A stretch of DNA of 64,000 nt, taken from NCBI RefSeq assembly GCF_009914755.1, contig NC_060927.1. The stretch is one strand, 5' to 3'. The translations under genes were made by a program, and so were the position numbers. Source of the stretch: the human T2T-CHM13v2.0 reference genome, Homo sapiens. Of this stretch, positions 15,223-36,240 are shown in pieces; positions within the stretch are counted from its first letter, which is position 1, and every line of letters starts with the position of its first letter. The notes under the pieces were generated by a model that had not been told where the DNA came from, did no database searches, and saw only the letters and a list, made by a program, of their open reading frames with translations.

Positions 15223-16158
15223 AAATTTTAACTTTAAACTTAAGTTTTACTTAGCTATTCTTAACCCTATATTGAATAAGGCTAGCTCTTTTTTTATGTA
15301 TAAAGCACAGATACAAATACGTACATGAAAAGATGTACCATGTATCTACGGAATCAAAATCTCATGGGTTATTGGGGGGAAAAGGGTCTATAAAAGCTCC
15401 TAAAGGTATAGTGATGAAAACAGGTTGAGAAATACTGATATAAAGACATAAAGCACCAACCTCATCCCCAATTTTTCTCACTAATAGATCCCCCCTCCCT
15501 GCTTTGCCAAAGGCCCTAATGGACCAGCAGTCTTCTTTATGAGCAGAAGAGTTGGGAAGAGACCATTTCCTGGGTTTTGAAATAGCAGTAATAAAAAAAA
15601 CTCCTCATATCTCCAGTTAATACTTGGAATACACTGCCCATAAATAACACTGAAAAGGAGAGATAAGATTATGTAATACTAGAGGTTCAACAATGTTGTG
15701 GTTAAAAACAACTCTACCATTGGAAAGTAATGACTTTGGTAAGATTATTTATAATTATTAAAAATTAAATCATGTAAGTGTAAAATTAAATAAATTGCCA
15801 AAACTCACCAAACCTCTCTATAAGACAGCTTTTAAGAGTACAGCAAGAAATTCTTTCCATTGTGATTCTAATGAAATAATATGATGCATTTCTTAGATAT
15901 GTACTCAGCACTAGACACTATCCAAAAGAAACAGGCAAATGTGTCAACTAAAAAAATGCTTAGATCTTGTTTTCCATTACTGAAGGTTCATGGAAAACGA
16001 ATCCTGAATTTAGATAATACATCAGTGGCTAGAAGACAATAACTATTCTACAGCAATTAAAATAAAATAGTTCCTTTTCAGTCTAATTTGGTCTAAGGTG
16101 GAAACAAGTTTAATCGAGGTACACACAATAATATAATTATATAACATGTCTCCAAAGA

Positions 16159-16768
16159 TTTATTTATTTATTTATTTATTTATTTATTTGAGACAGGGTC
16201 TCCCTCTGTCACCCAGGCTAGAATACAATGGCACAATCTTGGCTCACTGCAACCTCAGCCTCCCGGGCTCGAATGATCCTCCTGTCCCAACCTCCCGAGT
16301 AGCTGGAACAGGCGTGCACCACCATGTCTGGTTAATTTTTGTATTTGTTGTAGAGACAAGGTTTTGCCATGTTGCCCAGGCTGGTCTTAAATTGCTGAGC
16401 TGGTCTCAACCTCCTGATCTGCCCACCTCAGCCTCCCAAAGTGCTGGGATTACAGACATGAGCCACAGACCCCAGCCATTTTATTTTTTTGAGACAAGGT
16501 CTCACTCTATTGCCCAGGGTAGAGTGCAATGGCATTTGGTTCACTGCAGCCTCAACCTCCCAGATTCCAACAATTCTCCCATTTCAGCCACTCAAGTAGC
16601 TAGGACTACAGGCACATGCCAGCATGTCCAGCTAATGTTTGTATTTTTTGTAGAGATGGGGTTTCACCATGTTGCCCAGGCTGGTCTGGAACTCCTGAGC
16701 TCAAGCGATCCACCTGCCTTGGCCTCCCAAAGTGCTGGGATTAGAGGTGTGTGCTACCATGCCTGGCT
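16159..16768 (-). mobile_element. Two tandem Alus with (ATTT)n tail
   Basis: Reverse Alu consensus; source of the spurious 225-aa ORF. Confidence 0.94.
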
Positions 16769-17537
16769 CCAAAGATCTTTAGACACTAAAAGTAAACACA
16801 AAAGAAATCCTTTCTACTCTTAAATTGAGAAGTGAAACAATAAATCCAAAGATTTTTAAAATGCATATAATTAAGATAAATCTGTATTTCTTCACTAAAT
16901 TTTTAGTCACTATAGATTTACTAAGACTACATACTAGAGAGATTCATTGAACTGAAATAAGTAACATGAAAAAATTTGGTTATTTTAGTAGACCAAATTT
17001 ATTTGTTCTGATTAAAAAACCCATTTCAAAGGTCTTTCTATTGAGCACTGGTGGGTTGTTTGAATTGAATAAATGCCAGTGCTTTTTGGCAGGGTCTTGA
17101 AAATTAAATCAGGGAACTAAAATTTGGTGGGTTTCTGAAGCAAAATGGTCTTTTTTCTATTCTGTCAAAACGCATACATTCAGCAATACTGGACAACTGA
17201 AATGAATGTTAAAATTGACCTGAATGATATATTATCTAAAATATTATTCTCTGTAATAGATGTAATTTTCAAACAATGGACATTCATTCTAGAACAGTCA
17301 TTGCAAAGAGTCTAAAAGATTTAAAACTCTGGAGTTCACTGATGAAGCTGGTAGAAGGTACCCACGTCTTAGAAAGTGGTACTTTTGATAGATAATTGTC
17401 CCAAGATCAATGTTTCAATTGTATTTGGTGAAAGGTATGGCAATCCTACCCAAAATCTGAGATTTTTAAATTCTGGAAATGTTCTGGTCCATTACTTGGA
17501 GTATAAGAGTTTAAAACCTCAAAATTTCTCCTGCTTA

Positions 17538-17831
<294 letters not shown>

Positions 17832-18098
17832 CTAAAAAAGTAAAATGCTCATTATAGAATTTAATTGTGCAAACACCACAGCAAACTTTCAGTAAATTTA
17901 TATATATTTATATATAATAAATGAACCTAAGTATGTGAGATACAAAAATATAATTCCATAAAAAAAAAAAAGGCAGATCCTTTAATAATTTCTAAGCTAA
18001 GGATGAAGAGATTCTTAAAACAGTTTCTAAAAATCTAAAAATGTAAACTGTGCAAACACTGGGTGGCAGTATTGCTTTTTGGATAAAAATCCAAGTCA

Positions 18099-19424
18099 GG
18101 CCAGGCAAGGTGGCTCACGCCTGTAATCCCAACACTTTGGGAGGCCAATGTGGGTGGGTGGACTGCCTGAGGTCAGGAGTTTGAGACTAGCCTGGGCAAC
18201 GTGGTGAAAACCCGTCTTTACAAAAAATACAAAATACAAAAAAAAAAGGATAATGAGGTGGAGACTAAGAAGACAGTTATAAGACTAGAAGACTGATTAC
18301 AAACAGGGGATTGAGCAAATAAGTAAATACACCAAAGTTAACAGAAATCCAGATTTCTCATCATTAGAAAAGGGAATTACAAATATGAAAAGACAAAGAC
18401 TAGAAAATATACAGTGGGAATGGATCCATATTAGAGGTATTGATGAGAACTCATGGTCTTTAATAGATGGATAAATAAATATATCTCTGTGTATGTTTAT
18501 TTTCCCAAACATATGGAGGTAAACAAATATATACTGTCTAGCTCTGTTTCACAAAAGGGCCTGGAAGCAACTGCACCCCTGCATTCTCCAAGGAGCACTT
18601 ACTTACTTTATACCCAGGGGCAATGAGCATATCCAGGGCCTAGATCTTACACAGGCCAGGTATGGTGGCTCACGCCTGTAATCCCAGCACTTTGTGAGGC
18701 TAAGGCAGGAAGACTGCTTGAGCCCCGGAGTTCAAGAACAGCCTGGGCAACAAAGTGAGACCCCTAATTCTACTAAAAAAAATAGAAATTAAAAAAAAAT
18801 TTTTAAATAGCTAGGTATAGTGGCATGTGCTTGCAGTTCTAGCTACTCAGGAGGCTGAGGTGGGAGGATCACTTGAGCTCAGGAGGTTGAGGCTGCAGTG
18901 AGCCATGATCGTGTCACTGCACTCCAGTCTGGGCAACAAAGCGAGACACTGTCAATCCATTCCATCCGTTTGTTTATCCGTCCGTCCATCCATCCATCCA
19001 TCCATCCCTACATACTTTTCACAAATAAAAGGAATAAACTGAATATAAAAAATGAAACTCTCCGGAGAAATGCCTGATTCCAAGGCTGGGGTAGGGAAAG
19101 TACTAGATGAGTGTGGAATACGCTGTTGTATCGGAAAGAAAGAAATGCTCAAAGAATGATAGGGACAAAGCAAAAAGAGACAAGAGACAGCTTAAATGGG
19201 CTCCCATGAGCCAGATCTGGGATAAATTAAACATTAAGATAAATGACAGTAACTAATTACAAATCATCGAATAAATGGAAATCACAAATCCATCTCCTAT
19301 AAGTTAAAAAAAAGAAGAAAGAAAAAAGAGATGAATGGGGGAGAAGAGGAGTTCAAGGCTGCAGTGAGCTATGACTGTACCATTGCACTCCAGCCCGGGC
19401 AACAGAGCAAGACCCTGACTCTAA

Positions 19425-19477
<53 letters not shown>

Positions 19478-20545
19478 GATAGAGTAGAAGAAAAGCCTCT
19501 AACCTATGTTATAAGCCAACTAATAAATCCAAAAGGAAAAGCAAGATTTAAAATTGGCAACCCACTGCAGTAACACTGATTCAAGGAAGATGTATTAGTG
19601 AATGCAAAAAGAAGTGGGTGACAGCTTGATCTGAAATAGAATGTTTACTTAGTGTCAAAATACGCCCCCACAAAACCTTTATTTATTAACTTTATACTAG
19701 AAAAACCTAGCAGACACCGTACTAACCAAGGGATAACAGTTAACTTCCAGAGTAGTGGTAAAAGCCGATATTGCCTCCTGATAAAATGCAGTAAGAAAAC
19801 TACACCTTTACTTCTTTGATATTCACACTAAAAATGCATAACTGGGATCCTAAACATGACAAAACATCAGGCAAATCCAAACTGAGGGATATTCTATAAA
19901 ATAATTGGCCTATAGTCTTCAGAAATGTCAGTCATTAAAGATTAAAAAAAAAAAAACAAAAAACAAACAAACAAAAAAACACTGAAGAACTGTTTCGGAC
20001 TGAAGGAAGCTAAATATACCTGACAATGAAATGCAGCAAGTAACCAGAGATTGGATCCAAGACTTATAAAGCACATGACTGAGAAAACTGGCTAAATTTG
20101 AATAAAATCTGTAGATTATATAGAACTGAATCAGTATTATTTTCCTGACCTTCATGAATCTACTCAGGTTATGTATAAAAATGCCATTTTTTAAAGGAAA
20201 TACTGAAGAATTAAGGGGTAAAAGGACATGATGTGGCCGGGCGTGGTGGCTGACGCCTGTAATCCCAGCACTTTGGGAGGCCGAGACGGGCAGATCACGA
20301 GGTCAAGAGATCGAGACCATCCTGGCCAACATGGTGAAACCCCATCTCTACTAAAATACAAAAAATTAGCTGGGCATGGTGGCGCATGCCTGTAGTCCCA
20401 GCTACTTGGGAGGCTGAGGCAGGGGAATCGCTTGAACCCGGGGTGGCAGAGACTGCAGTGAGCTGAGATCATGCCACTGCACTCCAGCCTGACAACAGAG
20501 TGAGACTCTGTCTCAAAAAAAAAAAAAAAAAGAAAAAGAAAAATC
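18099..20545 (+). mobile_element. Old L1M 3'-region remnant interleaved with Alus (18099-18248, 18654-18953, 19348-19426, 20235-20545)
   Basis: L1MC/ME-like motifs (aaatccaaactgagggatattcta, actgaagaattaaggggtaaa) plus Alu consensus. Confidence 0.7.
19427..19480. repeat. (GATA)n microsatellite
   Basis: About 12 GATA units at an Alu-fragment tail. Confidence 0.97.
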
Positions 20546-20834
20546 TAATAGATACTAGTAATTAATGCTATGGAATGTTAGAAAGGTATTTTTTAAAAAG
20601 TAGACCTATTCATACTCACATGACAATATCCACAAAGTATATTAAATGAAAAAAGTAGAAACTATATATATATATAGTTTTATATATGTATATATAGATC
20701 TCATTTATTTTAAAGGGGGAGATATTTACATATAAAGTTAGGATTGATAGCTACAAATTAAACTGTTTACAATTAGCTCTGGAGAGGAAGGTAGGTGGGA
20801 GTCACAGAGAGAAACTTTCATTTTTGGTTTACAA

Positions 20835-21100
20835 TTTTTTTTTTTTTTTTAAAGATACAGGGTCTTACTCTGTCATAACAGCCTCAACTTCCCAGGCTCA
20901 AGCTATCCTCCCACCTCAGCCTCCCAAGTAGCTGGGACTACAGGTCCATGCCACCACGCCCAGTTAATACTTTTTTTTTTTTTTGTAGAGATGGGGTCTC
21001 TCTGTATGGCCCAGGCTGCTCTCAAATTCCTGGGTTCAAGCAATCCTCCTACCTTGGCCTCTCAAAGTGCTGCGATTATAGGGGTGAGCCATCACACCCA
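20835..21100 (-). mobile_element. Alu (J-like)
   Basis: Reverse Alu consensus. Confidence 0.9.
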
Positions 21101-22277
21101 TCCTTACCATTTATTAATTGTACTTTGTGCCTAATAAAAAACAAACAAATTGTAAAGGTATATCAGACCTGGGCAAGATTACTGCATGCTCAGTGTGTAG
21201 CAAACTCTCTGATTTAGGTCAGGTACAAGTTTATGGTGGAAATAGTAAAAACTAATTCATTTATCTGAGGTTCAAGGAGCAATATTGTCTTATAAAGGGT
21301 AATGAGACAGGCACTTGAACCAAGACCTGCCTGTGTAACTATATCTCCTAAGCTTAAACTGTAATTATCTGTTTCAGTAATTGCCTAATAAGCTGATAAA
21401 TTAACACCTGTAAGAAATTTGTTTTGTATCATTAAAGGTAACTGCTCTTGCAGTTGTCTCTTTTTAAAGTTTTTCTTTTATTTTTTAAATTTATACACAA
21501 ACACACATTTTTTTACACTAGTCTCTGAGATTGCTTCCACTTTTATTTTACTGTTTTACTTTTTCAATAAACTCTTACTTCTTAGAGATTCCAGGCCATT
21601 CTCAAGTCTACATCCTCAGCAAGAAAAAGCAGTCAAACACAAGGATCCTATCACACCAGCCTCATCAATTGATCATGCAAATTTTTTTCAGGCCATATAT
21701 ATAATTTAAGCTATTAAAATTTGCACAATGTTTACAAATTAAATTATTATCTGAAACTGTCTCCAGAAACCTGAATAACACAAAACTTTGGGAAAAAAGA
21801 CAGAGAGAGGAAGAATTTGGCTATTATGGTCCCAAACTGGCCCAGAGCCTTTCGTAAACTGTAAAGACTAGGAGTCTGGCACTACTGCTCTCTTTCCTAA
21901 GGTCAAGCATTCAAATTCAAAAGACAAAATTTAAGCCAAAAACACTAATAAGAAAGCAGTAGCAGATGACTCACACTGAGAAACTAGGGAAAGATTCTGA
22001 GAGCTCTAATGGCAAAGGAGAAGACAGCCTAGGCCAGACATTTCACCAACTGGCCAAAATTAAATAGTGCTTTGATTCTGTGAGAATGGGAAAAACATAC
22101 ACATTGTCTCCAGTTTGCCTCCTAGTCTCTATAACACTGCCATGCTACAGGTAGAATGACTTTGCTAAATAGACTTAAAAGTTGTAAACTGATGACGAGA
22201 ATACTGGATTACAGCTCAACAAAGTCAAACTAGAAAGAGCCAAAAAATTAAATAAAAAAGCACAGATGGTATACATA

Positions 22278-22386
22278 TTTATATATATATATGTAGATAT
22301 AGATATAGATATGTAGATATAGATATAGATATATAAATGTAGATATAGATATAGATATATAGATGTAGATATAGATATAAATATAG
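22278..22386. repeat. Compound (TA)/(TAGATA)n simple repeat
   Basis: Direct reading. Confidence 0.95.
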
Positions 22387-22449
22387 CAACCCAAGTCAAC
22401 AAAGTAACCTATTTGTAGTATCTGCATAGAAACAAATGGGAATAGTATA

Positions 22450-22860
22450 TGTGGCAGAGACTACTATTTGACCCTCAATATCCATTCTCCACTTCTTCCT
22501 TTAGTACTAGAATCTCTTACTCTTAGCCAAGCGCATGACTGATGGCGTGGCTAAAGACTGCACCTCTCAGATGCGTGTGTACTTAGGCATGGTCAGTAAG
22601 ATCTGGCCAATGACATGTAAGCAGAAATGATACATACTAATGATATCCTGAATAAGAATGGGGTGTGACCACTACTATTGTTTTTCCTGTTCCTGCTGGC
22701 TGGAATATAGTAAAGTAGGAAGCTGAAGCAGTAATATTAAACCATGAAATAGAAAATACATGTTAAATATGGCAGAGCACTAAGATGGAAGAAATTTGGG
22801 TCACTTGCATGATGATGTGTGTGCCTATTACTAAATCTGCTTTGTTACCTGAGAGAAATA
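22450..22860. mobile_element. Ancient MLT1 (J/K/L-like) LTR
   Basis: tctggccaatgacatgtaagcagaaatga and ttcctgctggctggaat motifs. Confidence 0.7.
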
Positions 22861-23171
22861 CAGTCTCCTCATTAAACTAAATAATATTCACTATGACAGC
22901 ATTGTTAATCTATGAGGTGCCACAGAATCCCTTATAGATTACCTGCTAAACCTGTACTTGTATCAGAAAAGGGCTTGCCCACTGAACCCAGATCACCCAC
23001 AAATTGGGCTGCCATTTAACAAAACACTATCATGTGCATACTTACCCACACTCACAGACTGTTCTTGCATATGAGTTACGGTCTTCTGTGAGTTCATTAC
23101 TATGAGGCAAAGATACCTAATAATGTGCACAACTCCATAAGAAAGGGCCATTTAAAACTCTTGATACTTAC

Positions 23172-23222
23172 TGACACATTAGCACTATCACTGCTTGCAA
23201 TCTCAGCTGCCTTTTCAATAAT
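23172..23222 (-). CDS. PIK3CB: PIK3CB exon, 51 nt, aa ~511-527 (C2-helical linker, first half of the Gbeta-gamma-binding loop)
   Basis: aaacag|ATTATTGAA ... GTGTCA|gtaagt; IIEKAAEIASSDSANVS. Confidence 0.97.
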
Positions 23223-23882
23223 CTGTTTAAAAAAATTAAAGAAAATGAATTTTGGCTCTCATATTTGTAGAATTTTAAGTGTAAATGACTACATTTGTAC
23301 TTAGACTACATAAGATCTGGCATTGCTATGCTTTGTAACAGAAACATGAATTTTAAAAGCAAAATGATGCTTCTCAAGTGCTTTAAACTCTTGACAACAG
23401 GGAAATGATGGTATTGCTATAAGGGATTATGACTCCTAGGAAGCACTAAAATTGTCTGGAGATAAAACAAGTACCAGCTAGCATATATATGTCAAAAATT
23501 TTCTTTTAAGTATAAGTAAATGTATTCTAGTTAAGAAGACACAAAAACATGTAAGAGTTACTAAATTGTAGAATAAACTTTTCTCATTATGTTTTTTCTT
23601 CAATTAACAGACACCAAAAGTAGAAGTAACGACAATATCTAACTTGTACAATTGAAGGAGATCAATAAGCATATACTTATTTACATACTTTTTGTTTGTT
23701 TTTGAGATGGGGTCTATGTTGCCCAAGCTCGCCTTGAACTCCTGGGCTCAGGCAATTATCCCACCTCAGCCTCAAGCAGATGGGACTAAAGGCTGCTGTC
23801 CCTGGCTTATATATATTCAAAGACTAAAATCTCTATCCCAAACTGATCTTCTTCAAGAAAGACTCTCCAAGAGATTAGAAAG

Positions 23883-23922
<40 letters not shown>

Positions 23923-24475
23923 TATATTTGCAAATATAGGAGGCTATATTTGTAAAAGTACTTCAAAAAGCATTTCATTTGAGCCAAAAGAGCCTATAAC
24001 TGTTGAACACACATCATAACTGAACATGATAATAGTCACAGCTAAAACTATTAAATATATCACGAGTAGCTATGGCTTATGGATAAATTTCTACCAAAGG
24101 AATAACTAAAGACACTACATAAACGTATTGGATGAGTCAAAATGTAGCTTTTTCTACTCAGTGTATACTAACGTATATGATTCTTGCCATATTTGAAATT
24201 TATATTATAAGCACAAAATTTAATTTGGTTGTAAATTATTGTTCAGAAAAACATGTTTAAAAAACTTGAAATAAAAAATTACTCCTTAGATGGATAAAAT
24301 CCAATTATAATGAAAATGAAGAAAGAGTGAATTACATAAATTTAATTTGCTAATACTTTAAATGTACAGGTAGATTATCTTAAGTATTTATAAAGTATAA
24401 TATCAATCTTCAAAGGTAGTTTGTACTCAAGCGGATTGAGGAAATTAAATAAACTTTCAGCTTATTTTCTGAACA

Positions 24476-25673
<1,198 letters not shown>

Positions 25674-25871
25674 CTGGAGGTACCTTTTCTTACTTAGTCA
25701 GTGATAAAACCAAAACTAACAGAGTTAAGAAGGCTCCCTGATCCATGGTCTTCCCACTCAACAAAGCTGTCACTGTATGGGAAGTTTTGAAAGAGACAGA
25801 TAGAGCTTAAACTATACATAGAGGAACTGATCATTCAATCATTTCATGCATAGAGGTCCTTTAAATAATTA

Positions 25872-26060
<189 letters not shown>

Positions 26061-26967
26061 TTAAAAAAGCTGTAATGGATCTCCTCCCATGAAAATCACC
26101 TTAGAAGTATGTCAACTACAGAAGTGTGACAGACAATTCTATCAGTAATCCTCTAATTTTCTGTTAATGCTTGGAACAAAATTTCAGTGTGAGTTTGCAT
26201 ACATGTTTTAAAAATGAGAAAGTTAACAAAACTGAATGACTACTTTACCTCTTAATTCAAATTTAGTTCTCAATCTTGAAAAGACTTTAATTGGAACTGC
26301 TCTCCCTCCATCAAAATTAGGTGGCCCATAGAAACTATAATCTCATCACTACATATGGACTTCTTAATCACATGTAATCTGGTTTTCATGGTTGTCACAA
26401 TAACCAAATTGGTATTTTAAGTCATCAATGACATTCTTCTTATCAAATCTAACGATAATGCTCTTTATTATCCTGCAACTGCTGACAGAAAATACCTTCT
26501 CTGGTAGCCTCTGGAATACTCCATTAAGTGGCGCTCCTTTTACCTCACCAACTGCTTCTTTCTTCAAGGTACTCCTTCCTTTTCCTTTTCCACCACGCTA
26601 AATATGGTCAATTCACAGAACTGTGTGTGTGATTTTAGAATTTCAGTGTAGTTAGAAAACTCTGGAGTTCGCATTATATAATTTTTTTATTTCACAGATA
26701 AGAAACTCATGATGAGAAAATAGAGTTAGGTGTACAATCTAAGATCCTCTCTCTCCAAAGTAATTTTTCTTTTCTTATACTGACTGTAGTACAGTTGTTC
26801 TTTCTGTATCTCCTAAGGAAAAAAAATATCAGCTCTACTCTAATTAGGTCTAATGTCCATAAAGTATGCACACTCAGAATTATTTCCTAAAGCTGGAAAA
26901 TCTTTACAAGTTTTCGTTCCTTAATTCTTCGTTCATCTTTTTAAATATTTTCTCACCTCACGGACTC

Positions 26968-27902
<935 letters not shown>

Positions 27903-28610
27903 TGAATCAATAAACCCACCTCTAAGGAATTTATCTCAGATATACACTGTACATAAGCATGGTTATTCATTATAGCAGCACTGTTTGAACTATCAGAACA
28001 CAATTCTGCTTAAAAAAAAAAATCTAACAGTCCAGGCATGGGGGGAAAACAGTTCTCTACATAGATACGTAGAGAAGATATGGTGATATGTAGATATGTA
28101 GATATGGTGAATAAAGCAAGAAGCAGAACATTACACAGAATGTGTCATTTTGTGTAAGTATAGGGGGAAAAACAGGAATCGACATTTGTATTTCCTAGTC
28201 CACATAAAAAAATTATGGAAAGTTAGGAAAAAAAATAATAAACGTGATTGTATACCTTGTAATGATGACCTAGGGACTCTGGATGGTAGATTATTTGTAG
28301 TTTCTTTGCTTCTTGTTTGCCCCTACTGGGTTAAATGTAACAATTCTAGAGCTGACACATGCAGAACTAATGTGTTCATTTATTATTTTTTATCATACAT
28401 TTTCTCAGAGAGGAAGTCAGGTTCATAGTATTATGCCAAGTTAACACCACCAAAAATTGTAATTTTTACTAAAAATACTAGTCAAGTTGGTTGGTGATTC
28501 TGGAGAACATGTGTGAGTCTAAATTAAGATTCTCAAGAAAGTACAGTATTTTGCTGCTATATTTTATTGTATTGTGAAAGTTTAGTTCCTCCTAAGAAAT
28601 ATGTCAAATA

Positions 28611-30695
<2,085 letters not shown>

Positions 30696-30884
30696 AGGCC
30701 GATTTTAAACCAAAACAAAATTTGTAAAGAAATCTACTCAGAAACAAGTAATTTTATGATAATATTAAAATAATTTGTGTAAATCTATTTTAGAATAAAT
30801 AATACAAAATGATAATTTTATTTATTAAATTGAAAGAACGGTGATTCATAAATATTACCTAGTCCACATGCCAAAAGTTAGTTA

Positions 30885-31139
<255 letters not shown>

Positions 31140-31281
31140 CTAAAATGAGAACAAGATATACATAGAAAAATGCTCACTATCTTTATTACGTTTAAGAAGA
31201 ACCTTAAAACTCAATTAACATTTCATAATAAATAGTATATGAATAAAATAGAATATGGACTAAAAAGCCTTGTGAAAATGA

Positions 31282-32411
<1,130 letters not shown>

Positions 32412-33107
32412 TTAATATATAGATAAATATAGTAACTAGATTTTAAAAACATATAAAATTAATGTCCCTATCCCCACCAAAAAGCTTTCAAAAAGCAAGA
32501 AGAAAGTGAAACATTTGACTGAAAACATAACATGGAAGATGAAAGTATGACAACAGGTCCATCCTCTTATATTCATAATTTCAAAATCCGAGAAGCTCTA
32601 AAAACTGAAGGTTTGTTCATAGCTCATGTGACAGCAAAAAGTGGCCAGAGATAACAAAAAGCTAATGATAGTCACATTTAGTGTGAATACTGATATATTT
32701 CACTCCAAATATTAACATGTTTGATGACACATTTATGCCCCAGACCCCACAAGATATGTTGAGTCAGTTACGACCAATGATCTTTCTAAAATACACAAAA
32801 TTCTGAATTCTTAAACATATCTGTCACATGAAATTTCAGTTGAAAGACTGCAGAACTGTAAATTTTTCAAACATCATCATTCTTCATATCTTCTTAAAAG
32901 TATTACATATATAATAAAACACTTATAAAATAAACCTGCCAAAAGAAAATCCATGGTAGAAGGAGCAAGATTACAAAAAAAATGCATGAACATAAACATA
33001 AATAAATGCATGAACATAAATCTAAAGATATAAACATGGAAATTTCTTATCTTCTTAAAATCAGTTTTTAAGGATCAAAGTTACCTAATATAATTTAACT
33101 TATATTA

Positions 33108-33608
<501 letters not shown>

Positions 33609-35318
33609 CTAGAGTGTAATTAACCAGTATATCGTTCAGTAAACCGTAGTTAGTCTAATCTGTTTTTCACTTGCTAAGTAAACCAGCTATAAAATCACAT
33701 ATTGGTCCAAATGCCAGGGTGCTCAATGGTTTAAACAGGTCTAAAGAAACCGTGACAGTAAGTATAAGCATACTATCATATGCTTACTCACTGACTTCAT
33801 TTACTTGAGGTCTTGTCTTACCCTTCTCTATGTGTAGGAAAGAATGAATGGATGAGATGGCTCCAAAGTTTCTTTCTACTTCTAAATAATTTATGAATTT
33901 GTCATACTAAGTCAAGAGCTAACAAAAGATATTCCATCCATATCTTGATTATCCTATATATCACGGTCCTTTGTTTTTCCCTAAAGGCCTGGGGCCAGAG
34001 TGATGCAGGGCATGCGTAAGATGTCCCAGACAATTTTACTCATTTGCAGTTTTTTAAAATATGTGACCTAATTATCACCAATTTAAAACTCAGGGAGAAA
34101 GTAGAGCTAAAAACAGTAGTAAAACACAGAGATTGACCCAGTGATACACTTTTAAGGTCAAAGTTTTTATACCAGTTTATTCAGATGTGATACTAGCACA
34201 CAATATTACTCAACAAATATTTACTAAACAAATGAATACATATGTGGAATTGTTTAGGCTTATCTTTCATTTTTCAAAAGCTTATCAGCAAAAGCTTTTC
34301 TAGCTAGTTAAGAGTTACCACGCCAATATTTGAAAAGGAAGATAAATACCCAAGAATATACACATACTTCATCTATAGATATTAAAATATATTCAAACAG
34401 TAATATAAAATTTTAAATACTGATGTAATCAGCAATTTTAATTATAAATATTTATAATATAATTATGAGTTTAAAACCTACTAAAATAGTTAAAACTATG
34501 TTATGCTGGCATAAATAAAACTGTAGGTTAGTAGGCCAGACATATCATAATATAGTAAAAAAAAGATGACTGACTTAATAAATAATATTCTTTTATCTAA
34601 TTCCAGCTAAATGAACACAGATGGATTAGAGAATTAAATATTTTTAAATGATTAAAAGCTAAAGAAATATTATTAAAAAGCTATCAGAATAACTTTTGAA
34701 TCTGGATGATGGGTTCATGGAGGTTCATTATACTATTCTACTTTTGTGTATATTTGAAACTTTTCTTTTGAAAAAAAATTAAGCTAAAAGAAAAAAATTG
34801 GTTATTCTAAACACAGATGGATTATTATAACATGATAAATATTCAAGTAACAGGTGTTACAAAGGATACTAAAAGTAGTTGCAGTAAATCCTCAGGTCAC
34901 TAGGAATTTATATCTGAACACATGACCTAATTCCCTTCAACTCCAGAAAAAGGCGTAATCCTTCAAGTCCCCTGGTCCCATATTGCTCCAGCTCCCCAAG
35001 TACTGAGATGTTACTCCTTTGCTCCTCCGCATTGGAAAAATCTTCCTCCAGCAGGCTATAAACCTGTGCAAGTCTCTCTCAGATCAAACTCAAACAAAAA
35101 TCTACCTTAGAAGCTGACTAACCATAATCACACATGTTCTTTCTACCACAGTGACAATGGTACCAGCAGCTACTCAGTCACCTCTGTCTCCTACTTTCAA
35201 TTCATCATGAAGTCTATGCTGTATACAAAGAAAAAGTTGATTTATGATGTAACCTTAAATGAAAAACAGTATAACGCAACATACCATCAAAATACTATAC
35301 TATAGCAAAATATTATCA

Positions 35319-36052
<734 letters not shown>

Positions 36053-36240
36053 TTAAAATCAATGATCTTTGATTTTATTTTATATAATGTTACCTTTAAA
36101 TATTTTTAAATAGCCCAGAAAGTATTATAAAATGGCTGAATGTCCAAATGTAAGACCCTATATACAGACATAACAGCAAAATGACCACAGTCAATCCAAA
36201 ACTCATTAAATGAAACCATGAATGAAAATAGAAATTTTTT

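Noticed and set aside
16146-16823. 225-aa ORF, the longest in the track
   Set aside because: Read-through of two antisense Alus with typical Alu-derived peptide motifs; the same applies to most 60-146 aa ORFs in the track
23885-23920. Orphan 36-A tract as a retrocopy tail
   Set aside because: No convincing TSD or recognisable upstream body
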